Below, piece by piece: positions 62,813 through 64,000 of a stretch of 64,000 nt of DNA. Every line of letters starts with the position of its first letter. Positions within the stretch are counted from its first letter, which is position 1. Under the pieces are notes generated by a model. It was not told the origin of the DNA. It made no database searches and saw only the letters and a program-made list of their open reading frames with translations. A program made the position numbers and the translations under genes. This stretch comes from Tubulanus polymorphus (Eukaryota; Animalia; Nemertea), in NCBI RefSeq assembly GCF_964204645.1, contig NC_134029.1:16982950-17046949 (forward strand). Reading direction: 5' to 3'.

Positions 62813-63390
62813 ATTTTTAGTGGACACAGGTTTAGTGAAGCCATTAAGATGGTGGCTGTGTGTTACGTATCTTGTATCAAGATATTTCGATATAAGTAAT
62901 GATTTGTCATTCACGATTTGTCGGGCTACAACAGGCAGAAAAAAATGAAAATTAAGATGAGAATGAAAGCCTTTCGTATTGAAGACCATGGGATTCAGCC
63001 AAGGAACATTGTAACCTAGTTATACTTCTGATATACCTACCGAATTATCGATTATCAAAAATCTAGAATTTCGACTATTAGGACAATGTCGGTTGTAATC
63101 TTCTGGTTCTTTGAGTTCGTTCTAATGAGTTGTCATTGTAATGTGTATGGTACATATTCCTTAAAATTTCACTGAGTTTGATTGAAAATTGTAGAAATTT
63201 TCCTTATGTATACATGTATCAATATTCAGTCTGTCGGCATCGATTTTGTAGATTTCTCATCTTTTTAATCAATGAATATTCGACCAATTTTAATATTAAT
63301 TTCCATCTTTTTTAAAGGCTTGTCCCACTGAGTGGAAATATTACAAGCCGATTAGATATGTCAGAGTATCCCAGAAACTGTCTAGAAACG

Positions 63391-64000
63391 GATGTGAAGG
63401 GTCGAGACGGGAACATGGTGTCCACGGGACTGTGTAGAGAGTAGAGACAGTTTTGAAGGGTCGAGACGGGAACATAGGGTCCACGGGACTGTGTAGAGAC
63501 TAGAGACAGGTTAGAAGGGTCGAGACGGGAACATAGGGTCCACGGGACTGTGTAGAGACTAGAGACAGGTTAGAAGGGTCGAGACGGGAACATAGGGTCC
63601 ACGGGACTGTGTAGAGACTAGAGACAGGTTAGAAGGGTCGAGACGGGAACATAGTGTCCACGGGACTGTGTAGAGACTAGAGACAGGTTAGAAGGGTCGA
63701 GACGGGAACATAGGGTCCACGGGACTGTGTAGAGACTAGAGACAGGTTAGAAGGGTCGAGACGGGAACATAGGGTCCACGGGACTGTGTAGAGACTAGAG
63801 ACAGGTTAGAAGGGTCGAGACGGGAACATAGGGTCCACGGGACTGTGTAGAGACTAGAGACAGGTTAGAAGGGTCGAGACGGGAACATAGGGTCCACGGG
63901 ACTGTGTAGAGACTAGAGACAGGTTAGAAGGGTCGAGACGGGAACATAGGGTCCACGGGACTGTGTAGAGACTAGAGACAGGTTAGAAGGGTCGAGACGG
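63391..64000 (-). repeat. Same 59-bp satellite in inverted orientation, running off the window
   Basis: Reverse complement of the unit above, ~10 copies visible. Confidence 0.97.

Noticed and set aside
59585-64000. CRISPR-like appearance and short ORFs in the 59-bp array
   Set aside because: Units are contiguous with no unique spacers, there are no cas genes, and the context is eukaryotic; the ORFs are repeat translations.

Overview
This is animal genomic DNA, probably a marine invertebrate (the 5S rRNA is lophotrochozoan-like). Host genes: an intronless class A GPCR (-), a complete 10-exon SLC22-type transporter (+, 557 aa reconstructed), the last three exons of PIH1D3/DNAAF6 (-), and a solitary 5S rRNA copy. 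The centre holds a full-length, decaying, very AT-rich Polinton/Maverick-like endogenous virus (23157-49630, 6-bp TSD AAAACA, ~450-bp TIRs). It encodes pPolB, minor and major capsid proteins, packaging ATPase, rve integrase with chromodomain, an HNH protein and a cluster of membrane proteins; no protease is recognisable. A recent Gypsy LTR element interrupts its polymerase gene and carries an SGNH-esterase-like ORF in the env position. Further right are a DIRS1-type retrotransposon nested in piggyBac-like ends and a 59-bp satellite in two inverted arrays. The most striking signals are in the Polinton. Its gene starts follow a two-class, poxvirus-like promoter grammar (T7-N6-TAAATG versus A-run-N9-TAAATG), and each end is itself a ~260-bp imperfect palindrome containing pox-early-like AAAAATGAAAAA motifs. 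My inference, untested, is that it may be a virophage-like parasite of an unknown pox-like large DNA virus. All calls were made by eye; no searches were run.
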